Shown here piece by piece: positions 1 through 8,305 of a stretch of 64,000 nt of DNA (position 1 is its first letter; each line of letters begins with the position of its first letter). Position numbers and translations under genes: made by a program. Source of the stretch: an uncultured Actinomycetota bacterium (GTDB lineage: Bacteria; Actinomycetota; Actinomycetes; Frankiales; Frankiaceae); assembly GCA_963731205.1 (NCBI GenBank), contig CAVSUJ010000001.1:1160719-1224718 (forward strand), in the 5' to 3' direction. The notes beneath the pieces are model-generated. The model was not told where the DNA came from. It searched no databases and saw only the letters and a list, made by a program, of their open reading frames with translations.

Positions 1-1262
1 TGTTCGGTTTCGCCGCCGCCTCAGCCCTCGGTGGTGCCGCGCAGAACGCCGCCTGGCTTTTCGGCGCCCGTGCCCTGCAAGGGGTCTTCGCCGCCGTCCT
101 CGCCCCGGCCGTGCTCTCGCTGATCACCACGACGTTCACCGAGCCGAAGGAGCGGGCCAAGGCGTTCGGCGTCTACGGCGCCATCTCCGGTGCCGGAGGG
201 GCCATCGGACTCATCGCCGGCGGCGCGCTCACCGAGTACCTCAGCTGGCGCTGGACGTTGCTGGTCAACACCCCGATCGCCATCGCCGTGGCCATCGCGT
301 CGCTCCCGCTGCTGAAGGAGAGCCGGGTCGAGGGCGACCGGCAGTACGACGTGCCTGGTGCCCTGCTGGCCACCCTGGGTCTCGCCTCGCTGGTCTACGG
401 CTTCACCGAGGCGTCACTGCATTCCTGGACCGCGGCCTTCACCCTGACGCTGATCGCCGCCGGAGTGGTGCTGCTCGCTGCCTTCGTGGCCTGGGAGTCC
501 AACCGCCGCAACCACAACCCGCTGCTGCCGATGCGCGTCGTGCTGGACCGCAACCGCGGGGGCTCCTACCTCGCCTTCCTGCTGGCGACGCTCGTCATGT
601 TCACGGTCTTCCTGTTCCTGACGTACTACTTCCAGCAGGTGCTCGGCTACTCGGCGCTGAAGGCCGGCGTGGCGTTCCTGCCCTTCCCGGTGGGCGTCAT
701 CGTCTCCTCGGCGATCGCGTCACGGACGATGCCGATCTTCGGACCGCGCGTCCTGGCAACGGCCGGTTTCGTACTGGGCGCGCTCGGCGTGCTGTGGCTG
801 ACGCAGCTGTCGGCGGACTCGTCCTACCTCACCCACATCGTGCCCTCCGAGCTGCTGATCAGCCTGGGCATGGGACAGGTCTTCGTGCCGCTGTCCTCCA
901 CCGCACTGCTCGGGGTCCCCAACCACGACGCCGGTGTGGCCAGCGCGCTGGTCAACACCATGCAGCAGGTCGGCGGGTCGCTGGGAATCGCGTTCCTGAA
1001 CACGATCGCCACGAGCGCGACAGCGCACTACGCGCTCAGCCACGGAGGGCCGTCGAAGGCCGCGGTGACCCACGGATTCACCACGGCATTCGCGGTCGGG
1101 GTGGGTGTGCTGGTGCTCGCCGCGCTCATCGTGCTCTTCCTGATCCAGTCCAACCGCAAGCCGGCTGATCCGCAACCTACGGACGACTACGGCTACCCCG
1201 ACGCGGCGGGCCGGTCTCTCCCCCAGACCGACAGCGCCGTGCCGGTGCCCACGGCGGGCTGA
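1..1262 (+). CDS. MFS transporter, DHA2 (EmrB/QacA-like) drug:H+ antiporter; 5' end lies outside the window
   Basis: The frame is open from nt 3 to TGA 1260-1262. The upstream translation FGFAAASALGGAAQNAAWLFGARALQGVFAAVLAP continues the listed ORF. There are many hydrophobic helices, and the LFGARALQG motif is typical of DHA2 MFS. Confidence 0.85.
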   Translation, partial: FGFAAASALGGAAQNAAWLFGARALQGVFAAVLAPAVLSLITTTFTEPKERAKAFGVYGAISGAGGAIGLIAGGALTEYLSWRWTLLVNTPIAIAVAIASLPLLKESRVEGDRQYDVPGALLATLGLASLVYGFTEASLHSWTAAFTLTLIAAGVVLLAAFVAWESNRRNHNPLLPMRVVLDRNRGGSYLAFLLATLVMFTVFLFLTYYFQQVLGYSALKAGVAFLPFPVGVIVSSAIASRTMPIFGPRVLATAGFVLGALGVLWLTQLSADSSYLTHIVPSELLISLGMGQVFVPLSSTALLGVPNHDAGVASALVNTMQQVGGSLGIAFLNTIATSATAHYALSHGGPSKAAVTHGFTTAFAVGVGVLVLAALIVLFLIQSNRKPADPQPTDDYGYPDAAGRSLPQTDSAVPVPTAG

Positions 1263-1286
1263 CCGCACAGCCAGCCCGCCGGCAGT

Positions 1287-1328
1287 AAGGAACCGGTCGC
1301 TCTCCCCCGGAGGAGCGGCCGGTTCCTT
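1287..1328 (+). terminator. GC-rich stem-loop 25 nt after the MFS stop; candidate intrinsic terminator without a clear U-tract
   Basis: AAGGAACCGG-T-CGCTC ... GAGCG-G-CCGGTTCCTT gives about 15 bp of complementary arms, read directly from the sequence. Confidence 0.5.
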
Positions 1329-1349
1329 GCGTTCAGGAATACTGAGCCG

Positions 1350-2519
1350 ATGAGCACACCGGCCGGGAGGCGAGCGGCCATCGCCGGGCTGGGCATCACC
1401 GAGGTGGGCAAGGTCTACGGGCGCAGCGCCGCGCAGTTCGCTGCTGACGCCGTCCGGCTGGCCGCCGCCGACGCCGGGCTGGCGGTCTCGGACATCGACG
1501 GCTTGCTGGTCTCCTCCGGCGTCACGCGCGGCGTCTCCATCGGACTCCAGCAATCGCTCGGCCTGACGGATCTGGCGCTGCTGTCGGAGTTGCAGGCCTA
1601 CGGCGCGACAGCCGGGGCGATGGTGACGACGGCGTGCATGGCCGTGCAATCGGGCATGGCGGAGGTCGTCGCGTGCGTCTTCGGCGATGCCCCGCTCACC
1701 GAGGGAAGGCGTACCGGAGCGGCCTACGGCGCGCGCAGTGCTCCTGCGGGCTGGCGCGGCATGATGTCGGCCGCCGGGATCCAGGGCGCCAATTCGATGT
1801 ACGCCCTCGCCGCCCGGCGCCACATGCTCACCTACGGCACGACGAGCGAGCAGTTCGCCCACATCGCCGTCGCGCAACGCGAATGGGCCATGGCCAACCC
1901 GATCGCCCAGATGCGCACGCCGATGACGATCGCCGACCACCAGTCCTCGCGCTGGGTCGCCGATCCGTTCCACCTCTTCGACTGCTGCCTCGTCTCCAAC
2001 GGCGGGGTCGCGGTCATCGTGACGAGCGCCGAGCGCGCGCAATCGCTGCGCCAGCCGCCGGTCCACGTGCTGGGCTGGGGGCAGTGCCACCCCGGCCATT
2101 CGCTTCGCCGCTCGGAAGACTTCGGCCTGGTGACGGGAGCGAAAAGTTCAAGCGCAACAGCCTTTTCGATGGCCGGGCTGAACGTGCGCGACGTCGACGT
2201 CTTCGAGCTCTACGACTGCTACACCTACACCGTGCTGGTATCGCTGGAGGACTACGGGCTCTGCGCCAAGGGCGAAGGTGGGCCGTTCGCGGCGAGCGGC
2301 GTCCTCGGACCCAAGGGCAGCGTCAAGGTGAACACCGGCGGCGGCCAGCTCTCGGGCTACTACCTGTGGGGCATGACGCCGATGTCGGAGGGCATCATCC
2401 AGGCGCGCGGACAGGGCGGCGAGCGCCAGGTCGATCGCCGCGATGTCGTGCTCGTCTCGGGTAACGGCGGCGTACTCGACCACCACTCGACGACACTCCT
2501 GTCACCCCACGCACCGTGA
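1350..2519 (+). CDS. Thiolase-fold (SCP-x/Ltp2-like) protein, apparently lacking the canonical Cys nucleophile
   Basis: 389-aa ORF with thiolase-like segments (DCCLVSNGGVAVIVTS, NTGGGQLSG). The usual Cys-containing motif reads AYGATAGA and the GHP position reads GYYLWG. A DUF35 gene follows immediately. Confidence 0.75.
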   Translation: MSTPAGRRAAIAGLGITEVGKVYGRSAAQFAADAVRLAAADAGLAVSDIDGLLVSSGVTRGVSIGLQQSLGLTDLALLSELQAYGATAGAMVTTACMAVQSGMAEVVACVFGDAPLTEGRRTGAAYGARSAPAGWRGMMSAAGIQGANSMYALAARRHMLTYGTTSEQFAHIAVAQREWAMANPIAQMRTPMTIADHQSSRWVADPFHLFDCCLVSNGGVAVIVTSAERAQSLRQPPVHVLGWGQCHPGHSLRRSEDFGLVTGAKSSSATAFSMAGLNVRDVDVFELYDCYTYTVLVSLEDYGLCAKGEGGPFAASGVLGPKGSVKVNTGGGQLSGYYLWGMTPMSEGIIQARGQGGERQVDRRDVVLVSGNGGVLDHHSTTLLSPHAP

Positions 2520-2529
2520 CCCACCGAAC

Positions 2530-2564
2530 CGTCACCTGCCAAATCGTCACCTGCCAAATCGTCA
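2530..2564. repeat. 15-bp perfect tandem repeat (CGTCACCTGCCAAAT x2 plus partial CGTCA) in the thiolase-DUF35 spacer
   Basis: Copies at 2530-2544 and 2545-2559 are identical, and 2560-2564 restarts the unit. Confidence 0.9.
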
Positions 2565-2583
2565 ACAGTTGCAAGGAGATCGC

Positions 2584-2988
2584 GTGCCCGTAGAAGCTCT
2601 GGGAAACTTCGTCCGCAGCGAAGAGACCGCCGAATTCCTCGACGCGTCGGCTCGCGGCGAGTTCCTGGTGCGGCGCTGTGACCTCGGCCATTTCAGCGAG
2701 CCCGCCGCCGCCTGCTGCACCACCTGCCTCTCACCCGAGCTGGCGTGGACGGCCGCGTCCGGGAAGGCCCGGCTGATCTCCTGGGCGGTGACGCCGGGCG
2801 CCAATGGTGCGACCGGTGCGCAGGGCAACGTCCTTGCCATCGGGGAACTCGAGGAGGGCCCGTGGTGGTGGTCGTGCATTCCGGACGCCGATCCAGCGGA
2901 ACTCACTGTCGGCGCTGCACTACGCGTCGCCTTCGAACGCCCTGCAAATGCTGAAGAATCGCTACCCGTCTTCCGGCTCGCCCGATGA
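2584..2988 (+). CDS. DUF35-type OB-fold/zinc-ribbon protein (partner of SCP-x-type thiolase-fold enzymes)
   Basis: GTG 2584 is preceded by AAGGAGA (2573-2579). There is a Cys-rich ribbon-like segment (RRCDLGH...ACCTTC) followed by a beta-rich C-terminus. Its stop overlaps the next start (ATGA at 2985-2988). Confidence 0.7.
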   Translation: MPVEALGNFVRSEETAEFLDASARGEFLVRRCDLGHFSEPAAACCTTCLSPELAWTAASGKARLISWAVTPGANGATGAQGNVLAIGELEEGPWWWSCIPDADPAELTVGAALRVAFERPANAEESLPVFRLAR

Positions 2989-3866
2989 CCGCCGATCTTT
3001 CTGACATCTCGGAAGCCGCACCGACGCCGGGATGGTTCGTACGCGCGATCGCGCAACGCCCCGAGATCCGCAGCGCCGAAGTGGAGGGCGCGCGTATCAA
3101 CTACCGGGTCTGGGGAGAGGTGGGACGCCCTGGGCTGGTGCTCGTGCACGGCGGCTCAGCCCACTCCGGCTGGTGGGATCACGTCGCCCCGCAGCTCACG
3201 TCGCACCGGGTGGTCGCGCTCGATCTCAGCGGCCACGGCGACAGCGACCGGCGCCCCCAGTACGACCTCGCGACGTGGGCCCGCGAGGTGCTCGCCGTTG
3301 CGGCCGCTGAAGGTTTGGACAAGCCGGTGGTCGTCGGCCACAGCATGGGCGGCTGGGTGTCGGCCACGCTGGGCGGCTTGTACGGCGACCGGATCACCGC
3401 GATCGCGATCCTCGATTCGCCGCTGAACGACCAGCCGCCCGAGGAAGCCCGGATGCAGGAACGCCGCCAGCCGACCCGGGTCTACGAGAGCATCGAGCAG
3501 GCGATGCTGCGGTTCAAGACGATCCCGCCGCAGGATGTCGTGCTGCCCTACGTGCAGGCCCACATGGGCCCGCAATCACTGCGCCCCGTCGAGGGCGGCT
3601 GGACCTGGAAGTTCGACCCGCTCCTTTTCGGACGCCGGATCCTGCTCCGCGAATTGCTCGCCACGCTCGGCTGCCCGGCCGCGCTCTTTCGCTCCGAACA
3701 CGGCCTCGTCACTCCCGAGATGGCGGAGGAGATGGCGCAGATCGCCAGCAACCATTTCGCGGTCGTCGACGTGCCGGCGGCGGGCCATCACCCGATGCTC
3801 GACCAGCCGCTGGCGCTCGTCACCGGCCTGCGGACGCTCTTCACGTTCTGGCCGGCGCCGCGCTGA
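2985..3866 (+). CDS. alpha/beta-fold hydrolase
   Basis: LVLVHGGSAHSGWW oxyanion region and a GHSMGG nucleophile elbow; 293 aa. Confidence 0.8.
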   Translation: MTADLSDISEAAPTPGWFVRAIAQRPEIRSAEVEGARINYRVWGEVGRPGLVLVHGGSAHSGWWDHVAPQLTSHRVVALDLSGHGDSDRRPQYDLATWAREVLAVAAAEGLDKPVVVGHSMGGWVSATLGGLYGDRITAIAILDSPLNDQPPEEARMQERRQPTRVYESIEQAMLRFKTIPPQDVVLPYVQAHMGPQSLRPVEGGWTWKFDPLLFGRRILLRELLATLGCPAALFRSEHGLVTPEMAEEMAQIASNHFAVVDVPAAGHHPMLDQPLALVTGLRTLFTFWPAPR

Positions 3867-4599
3867 GTTCCTGACCGGAATGCAGCGTCTGCGTCGTCCA
3901 TTCCCCGTGTGCGGCGGGATCGAGCTGATGGTCCAGCCGTAGCGTGCCCGGCCGCGACGCGATGAACTGGCCGAAGACGGTCGCAAAGGTGTCGTCGTCG
4001 ATCGGCTTGCGCACGAGCAACTGGACCGGGTCCTCGCTGGGCTCGGAGTTCTCGACCACGGCGAGCCAGTCGGGCCACGCCTGCCGGATCGGGGCGCCCA
4101 GCTCGCCAGTGAACGCCGTGCCCTGAGGCCCGAAGCGCGGATCGAGCCCCGAACGCAGCAGCCCACCAGGGGTGAACATGTACGTGCCGGGCGACAGCTC
4201 CTTGTCATCGAGCCGTTCGCCGTCGAAGGACCACCAGCGCAGTCCGGAAGGCTGCGCCAGCACCAGATTGAAGGCGGCCATCCCCGTGACATCGAGGAAC
4301 TGCGGCCATTGCTGACCGCGCCGTACCGCCAGCAGCGGCAGCACTCCCCGGCTGGGTGCGCCCGGCGCGGCCTCGCGGCGCTCCGGCCGGTTCAGGACGA
4401 CTCCCGTCACACCGGTGCGTACGTCGCAGACGCACCAGCTCCCGCCCGCCTGACGGTCGCGCCCGCCGACGACGTCAGGCTGATCAGGCCACCAGGCGGC
4501 CGGCAGGTCGAACGCGCGGCTGATCAGCTCATCGCGCAGCGCCAGCATCTGCACGGGGAATTCACTGTCGGCCGACCAGCGGCACACCACCGTGCACAC
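3841..4599 (-). CDS. NRDE-family (TANGO2/DUF833-like) protein
   Basis: Starts MCTVV, carries an LRDE variant of the NRDE motif, 252 aa. The convergent overlap with the hydrolase gene is 26 nt. Confidence 0.65.
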   Translation of the reverse strand: MCTVVCRWSADSEFPVQMLALRDELISRAFDLPAAWWPDQPDVVGGRDRQAGGSWCVCDVRTGVTGVVLNRPERREAAPGAPSRGVLPLLAVRRGQQWPQFLDVTGMAAFNLVLAQPSGLRWWSFDGERLDDKELSPGTYMFTPGGLLRSGLDPRFGPQGTAFTGELGAPIRQAWPDWLAVVENSEPSEDPVQLLVRKPIDDDTFATVFGQFIASRPGTLRLDHQLDPAAHGEWTTQTLHSGQELSAAPART

Positions 4600-4638
4600 G
4601 CCGCGAACTCTACAAACCTGCCGCGGCGGGGCCGCGCG

Positions 4639-5157
4639 CTATGGCACCAGCACCACCGGCCGGCCGCACCGGCCGAGCAGGCGTCCCATTCCCGACGGCA
4701 GGAACCGGGCGATCAACCGCGGCCGGGAGCCCACGATCACGGCGTGCGCCTGCAGGGTGTCGGCGGCCTCGATGAGCGCGCGCGCCGGGCTTCCCATCCG
4801 CACCAGCAGCGAGCCTTCGATCCCGGCGGCGTCGCATTCCTCGGCGATCTCGTCACGGATCCGGATCTCGGTGACGGTCTCGGCTTCGACGACCGCAGCC
4901 AGCGCGCCCGGGGTATTGGCGAGGTAGGCGAATCCTGACGGCGACCTCCGCACGTAGACCGCGACGAGCGCCGCACCCTGCCGCCGGGCCAGGCCCGCCG
5001 CGTACGACACGGCGCGCAGCGCGCATTCCGACCCGTCGACCCCGACCACGATCGTGGGCTGCCTGGGCGACCAGCAGGGATCCAGCGGGTCGGTGGCTGT
5101 CTTCGGGAACCGGGCTCTGCCCGCTGAGGTCCCGTGGGCGATGGGTCGATCGCTCAT
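4639..5157 (-). CDS. universal stress protein (UspA family)
   Basis: IVVGVDGSECALRAV... followed by HAVIVGSR...GRLLGRCGRPVVLVP, a typical Usp ATP-binding C-terminus. Confidence 0.8.
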   Translation of the reverse strand: MSDRPIAHGTSAGRARFPKTATDPLDPCWSPRQPTIVVGVDGSECALRAVSYAAGLARRQGAALVAVYVRRSPSGFAYLANTPGALAAVVEAETVTEIRIRDEIAEECDAAGIEGSLLVRMGSPARALIEAADTLQAHAVIVGSRPRLIARFLPSGMGRLLGRCGRPVVLVP

Positions 5158-5373
5158 CCAGGCACCCTCCCAGCCCGCGCAGCGGCGCGCAGGTGAATCG
5201 GGTGACTATTGCATTTCCCGACCCCGCTGGCCACAAGTGCGAGCTAGGAGTTTCCTGTCAGCCGGCCGCCGGAAGCTCCGCAAGCCAGGACAAACGGCAC
5301 TCAAGTCGGCAGTGGGACAGAGCCGATCCTGTGATGCCGGGCACCGTTCTGCCGGTTGCCCGAGGGAGCTCTC

Positions 5374-7014
5374 ATGTCCGGCCTGCGAATGACCCGCCTG
5401 CTGCTGTCTGCGCTGGCGTTCCCGGCATTGATCCTGGCCAGTGCTACCGCTTGTGAGCCGGCCCCGGCCCCGCCGCACAACGATGCCTTCGCCGCGGCGA
5501 CCGTCGTACCGGCCATCGCAGAAGGCCACCTGGCCGGCACATCCGTCGGCGCCACCTCGCAACGCGGTGAACCCGACTCCGACTACTCCGGCACGGTCTG
5601 GTTCCGCTGGACCGCGCCGGCCTCCGGCGCTGTCACGTTCACCGTCCTCGGCGGACTGGCGATGACGACCCAGGCCTTCACCGGCTCCACGCTCACCGCG
5701 CTGCACCCGGTCGGGGATACCACCGACGGCAGCGACGAAAGCGCCCAGTTCCGAGTGACCTCGGGGGGCACGTACTACCTGCAGGTCGCCAGCCTCACCG
5801 GCGCGCCGTTCACGCTGAAGTGGGCGATGGCATCAGCGCCCCCGAACGACGCCCGGGCATCAGCTGCCGCCATCAACGGCCCCAGCGGCTCGGTCATCGC
5901 CGATGCGACGGCCGCCACCACCGAGGCGGGCGACCCCGCGATCGAGGGCTACCCAGCACCCGCGACCGTCTGGTACCGCTGGACGGCGCCGGCCGACGGT
6001 TGGTATGAGTTCGACACCCACGGCAGCCAGGTGAGCACCGGGCTGGGGATCTACACCGACACCAGCCCCGCGCACCTGGTGGACGACAGTGCCTCGGAGT
6101 GCAACGGCCTGTCCTTCCTCGACGTCTCGAGCGCGTCGGTGAAATTCCAGGCGACCTCCGGCGCGAGCTACCTGCTGATGATCGGCGGCTCCAACGCTGA
6201 CGACCCGAGTGCGTCCAGCCTCGGCGGCCCGCTGCAGCTGAACTGGCGCTCTGTCACCAGCGCGCCGATCGCCGCGGGGAACGACGCCTTCGCGGCGGCC
6301 GCCCCCATCTCCGGTGCCTTCGGCATGGTCAGCGGAAACACCGAGGGGGCGACCGCCGATCCCGGCGAGCCCGCCATCGACGGACAGCCCGCCCGCAACA
6401 GCGTCTGGTTCTCCTGGACGCCCCCCACTACCGGGACCTACGTCGTGTCCTCGCTGCCCGGTCTCACCGACGGGTGCCCCGCTGCCGTCGCGGTCTACAC
6501 CGGCACGTCGGCAGCGTCGCTGACAACCGTTCCCGACACCGAGGACGGCCTGCCTCCCTCGGCGATGGCCGGCACCTCGTCATCGGGCAGCTCCTCCGGC
6601 ATAGACGTCTCCGAGTTCAGCGGTGAGGTCCGGGTGCATCTCGTCGCCGGGACGACCTACCACGTCGTCGCCGATCGGCTGGGCCAGCCTGGTCCGTTCA
6701 CACTGTCCTGGGACATGCCGCAGGCAGCGCCGGTGCTGCGCAGCGTGACCCGTGGCAATGCGTCGATCGGCGTGATCTGGTCGCCGCCGCCGGCCAATGC
6801 CGGCAGCCCGCGCAGCGGCTATTTCGTGATGGCAATGCCGGTGGATGAGAACCTCGACGCGGGCCAGCCGCTGATGCTCCCCGTGACATCGAGCTTCACG
6901 ACCATTCACGGGCTGCGCAACGGGACCGCCTACCGGGTCTTCGTCGCGGCGATCAATGGATCGGGCGTCGGCGATCCGGCGGTTTCCGGGCCTGTGACGC
7001 CGGCCGTTCGCTAG
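5374..7014 (+). CDS. secreted lipoprotein with three ~115-145-aa internal repeats and a C-terminal fibronectin type III domain
   Basis: GAGGGAG lies 5 nt before ATG 5374. Signal peptide plus lipobox LILASATAC. Three repeats each start NDAF/NDAR, contain GEP/GDP...VW(F/Y)(R/S)WT(A/P)P, and end P(F/L)xLxW. The FN3-like tail reads IGVIWSPPP...TAYRVFVAAINGSG. Confidence 0.8.
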   Translation: MSGLRMTRLLLSALAFPALILASATACEPAPAPPHNDAFAAATVVPAIAEGHLAGTSVGATSQRGEPDSDYSGTVWFRWTAPASGAVTFTVLGGLAMTTQAFTGSTLTALHPVGDTTDGSDESAQFRVTSGGTYYLQVASLTGAPFTLKWAMASAPPNDARASAAAINGPSGSVIADATAATTEAGDPAIEGYPAPATVWYRWTAPADGWYEFDTHGSQVSTGLGIYTDTSPAHLVDDSASECNGLSFLDVSSASVKFQATSGASYLLMIGGSNADDPSASSLGGPLQLNWRSVTSAPIAAGNDAFAAAAPISGAFGMVSGNTEGATADPGEPAIDGQPARNSVWFSWTPPTTGTYVVSSLPGLTDGCPAAVAVYTGTSAASLTTVPDTEDGLPPSAMAGTSSSGSSSGIDVSEFSGEVRVHLVAGTTYHVVADRLGQPGPFTLSWDMPQAAPVLRSVTRGNASIGVIWSPPPANAGSPRSGYFVMAMPVDENLDAGQPLMLPVTSSFTTIHGLRNGTAYRVFVAAINGSGVGDPAVSGPVTPAVR

Positions 7015-7027
7015 CCCACCGGCAGGA

Positions 7028-8194
7028 TCACTGGGCCGCGCAGACGGCGAGCTCGTAGATGTGCCGCAGCGCCGGGAAGTACTTGGCGTTGGGGTTCTTC
7101 GGCGTGATCTGCGCGTTGATCGAGACCGTGACGGCCTTGCTGCCATCGGCCGACGAGGCGATGAATTGCGTGTAGCCACCGGTGTTTCCGGTATGGCCGT
7201 ACATCGTCCCGCAGCTGGTGACGTACTTGAACACGCCGAGGCCGGCGTAGTTGGTGCCCGGTCCCGGCGGCTCGGACGAGCCCGGCCGGAACGTGAACTG
7301 CGCGTCGTGGGTGGCCTTGTTGAAGAGTGCACCGCTCACGTAACCGCGCACGAAGGCCAGCGCGTCACGCGGGGTGGAGACCACCCCACCCGAAGCCCAA
7401 CTCCAGCCTGCGGCGATCTGGTTGGTGACGTCCTCCAGCGGCGGGGTGATGTCGTAGCCGCGCAGCACCGGGAAGACCATCGCCGAATCGCGGGGCAGGC
7501 TGGTGCGAGTCAGGCCGAGCGGACCGAAGACGTTCGTCGCCAGGACGCTCTCGTAGCTGCGTCCCGTCACATTCTGGACCATCAGGCCGACGAGGATGTT
7601 GTCGGAGTTGGAGTATTCGTACTCCGATCCGGACGTGAAGTTCAGCTTCGGATTGTCGACGTAGGACAGCAGAACGCGCGGCGCCGGCGCCTGCTGCAGC
7701 GATGCGAGCAACGCGTCGTGGAACTTGCCGGTGAGGCTGAAATCGGGGATGCCGCTGGTGTGCTGGAGAAGCTCGGCGAGCGTGACGTTCTTCCACTGGA
7801 CGGGCATCTTCGGGACGATCTGGCCGACGGTGTCGGACAGCTTCAGCTTGCCGCGTGACACCAGCGAAAGGGCGGCCGCACCGCTGAAGGCCTTGGCGAC
7901 GCTGGCCATGCGCATCTGGTCATTGGCTTGCGGCGGGCGCTTGGTGGTGAGGTTGCCGACCCCGGCGGTGACGAGGGTGGACTGCTTTCCGCGGCCGATC
8001 TCCACGGCGATTCCGGGAGCACTCCCGGGTGTCGCGACGAAGGCGTTCATGGCCTGCTGCAACTTCGCAGCGGCTGAGGGGGCGGCGGCTGAGGCGGCCA
8101 CGACCGGAGCGCTGCCCAGCAGGAGCGCGGTCGATGCCGCCACGACCGTGAGGGGACGCCGGGTCAAACGGGCAACACGCGACAACTGGGGCAT
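7028..8194 (-). CDS. serine hydrolase (beta-lactamase / D-Ala-D-Ala carboxypeptidase class, secreted)
   Basis: Signal peptide, SxxK motif (ASVAKAF) and a YSN motif (EYEYSNSDN). ATG 8194 is preceded by GGGAG; the ORF track starts 5 codons earlier at a TTG. Confidence 0.8.
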   Translation of the reverse strand: MPQLSRVARLTRRPLTVVAASTALLLGSAPVVAASAAAPSAAAKLQQAMNAFVATPGSAPGIAVEIGRGKQSTLVTAGVGNLTTKRPPQANDQMRMASVAKAFSGAAALSLVSRGKLKLSDTVGQIVPKMPVQWKNVTLAELLQHTSGIPDFSLTGKFHDALLASLQQAPAPRVLLSYVDNPKLNFTSGSEYEYSNSDNILVGLMVQNVTGRSYESVLATNVFGPLGLTRTSLPRDSAMVFPVLRGYDITPPLEDVTNQIAAGWSWASGGVVSTPRDALAFVRGYVSGALFNKATHDAQFTFRPGSSEPPGPGTNYAGLGVFKYVTSCGTMYGHTGNTGGYTQFIASSADGSKAVTVSINAQITPKNPNAKYFPALRHIYELAVCAAQ

Positions 8195-8305
8195 CGACAC
8201 AACTCCCAAAGCAGCGCCGGGCCGACATGACCCAGGCGAAACACTTAGTCGACATCATGTACCGACGCCGCGGCGCCCGAGCCGAAACCCTCGGACTCGC
8301 CCTCT

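Noticed and set aside
720-2099. 459-aa minus-strand ORF
   Set aside because: It is antisense to the MFS and thiolase-fold genes and has Arg/Gly-rich, non-protein-like composition.
2530-2564. Tandem repeat as a CRISPR fragment
   Set aside because: There are only two adjacent 15-bp copies with no spacers, and no cas genes in the window.
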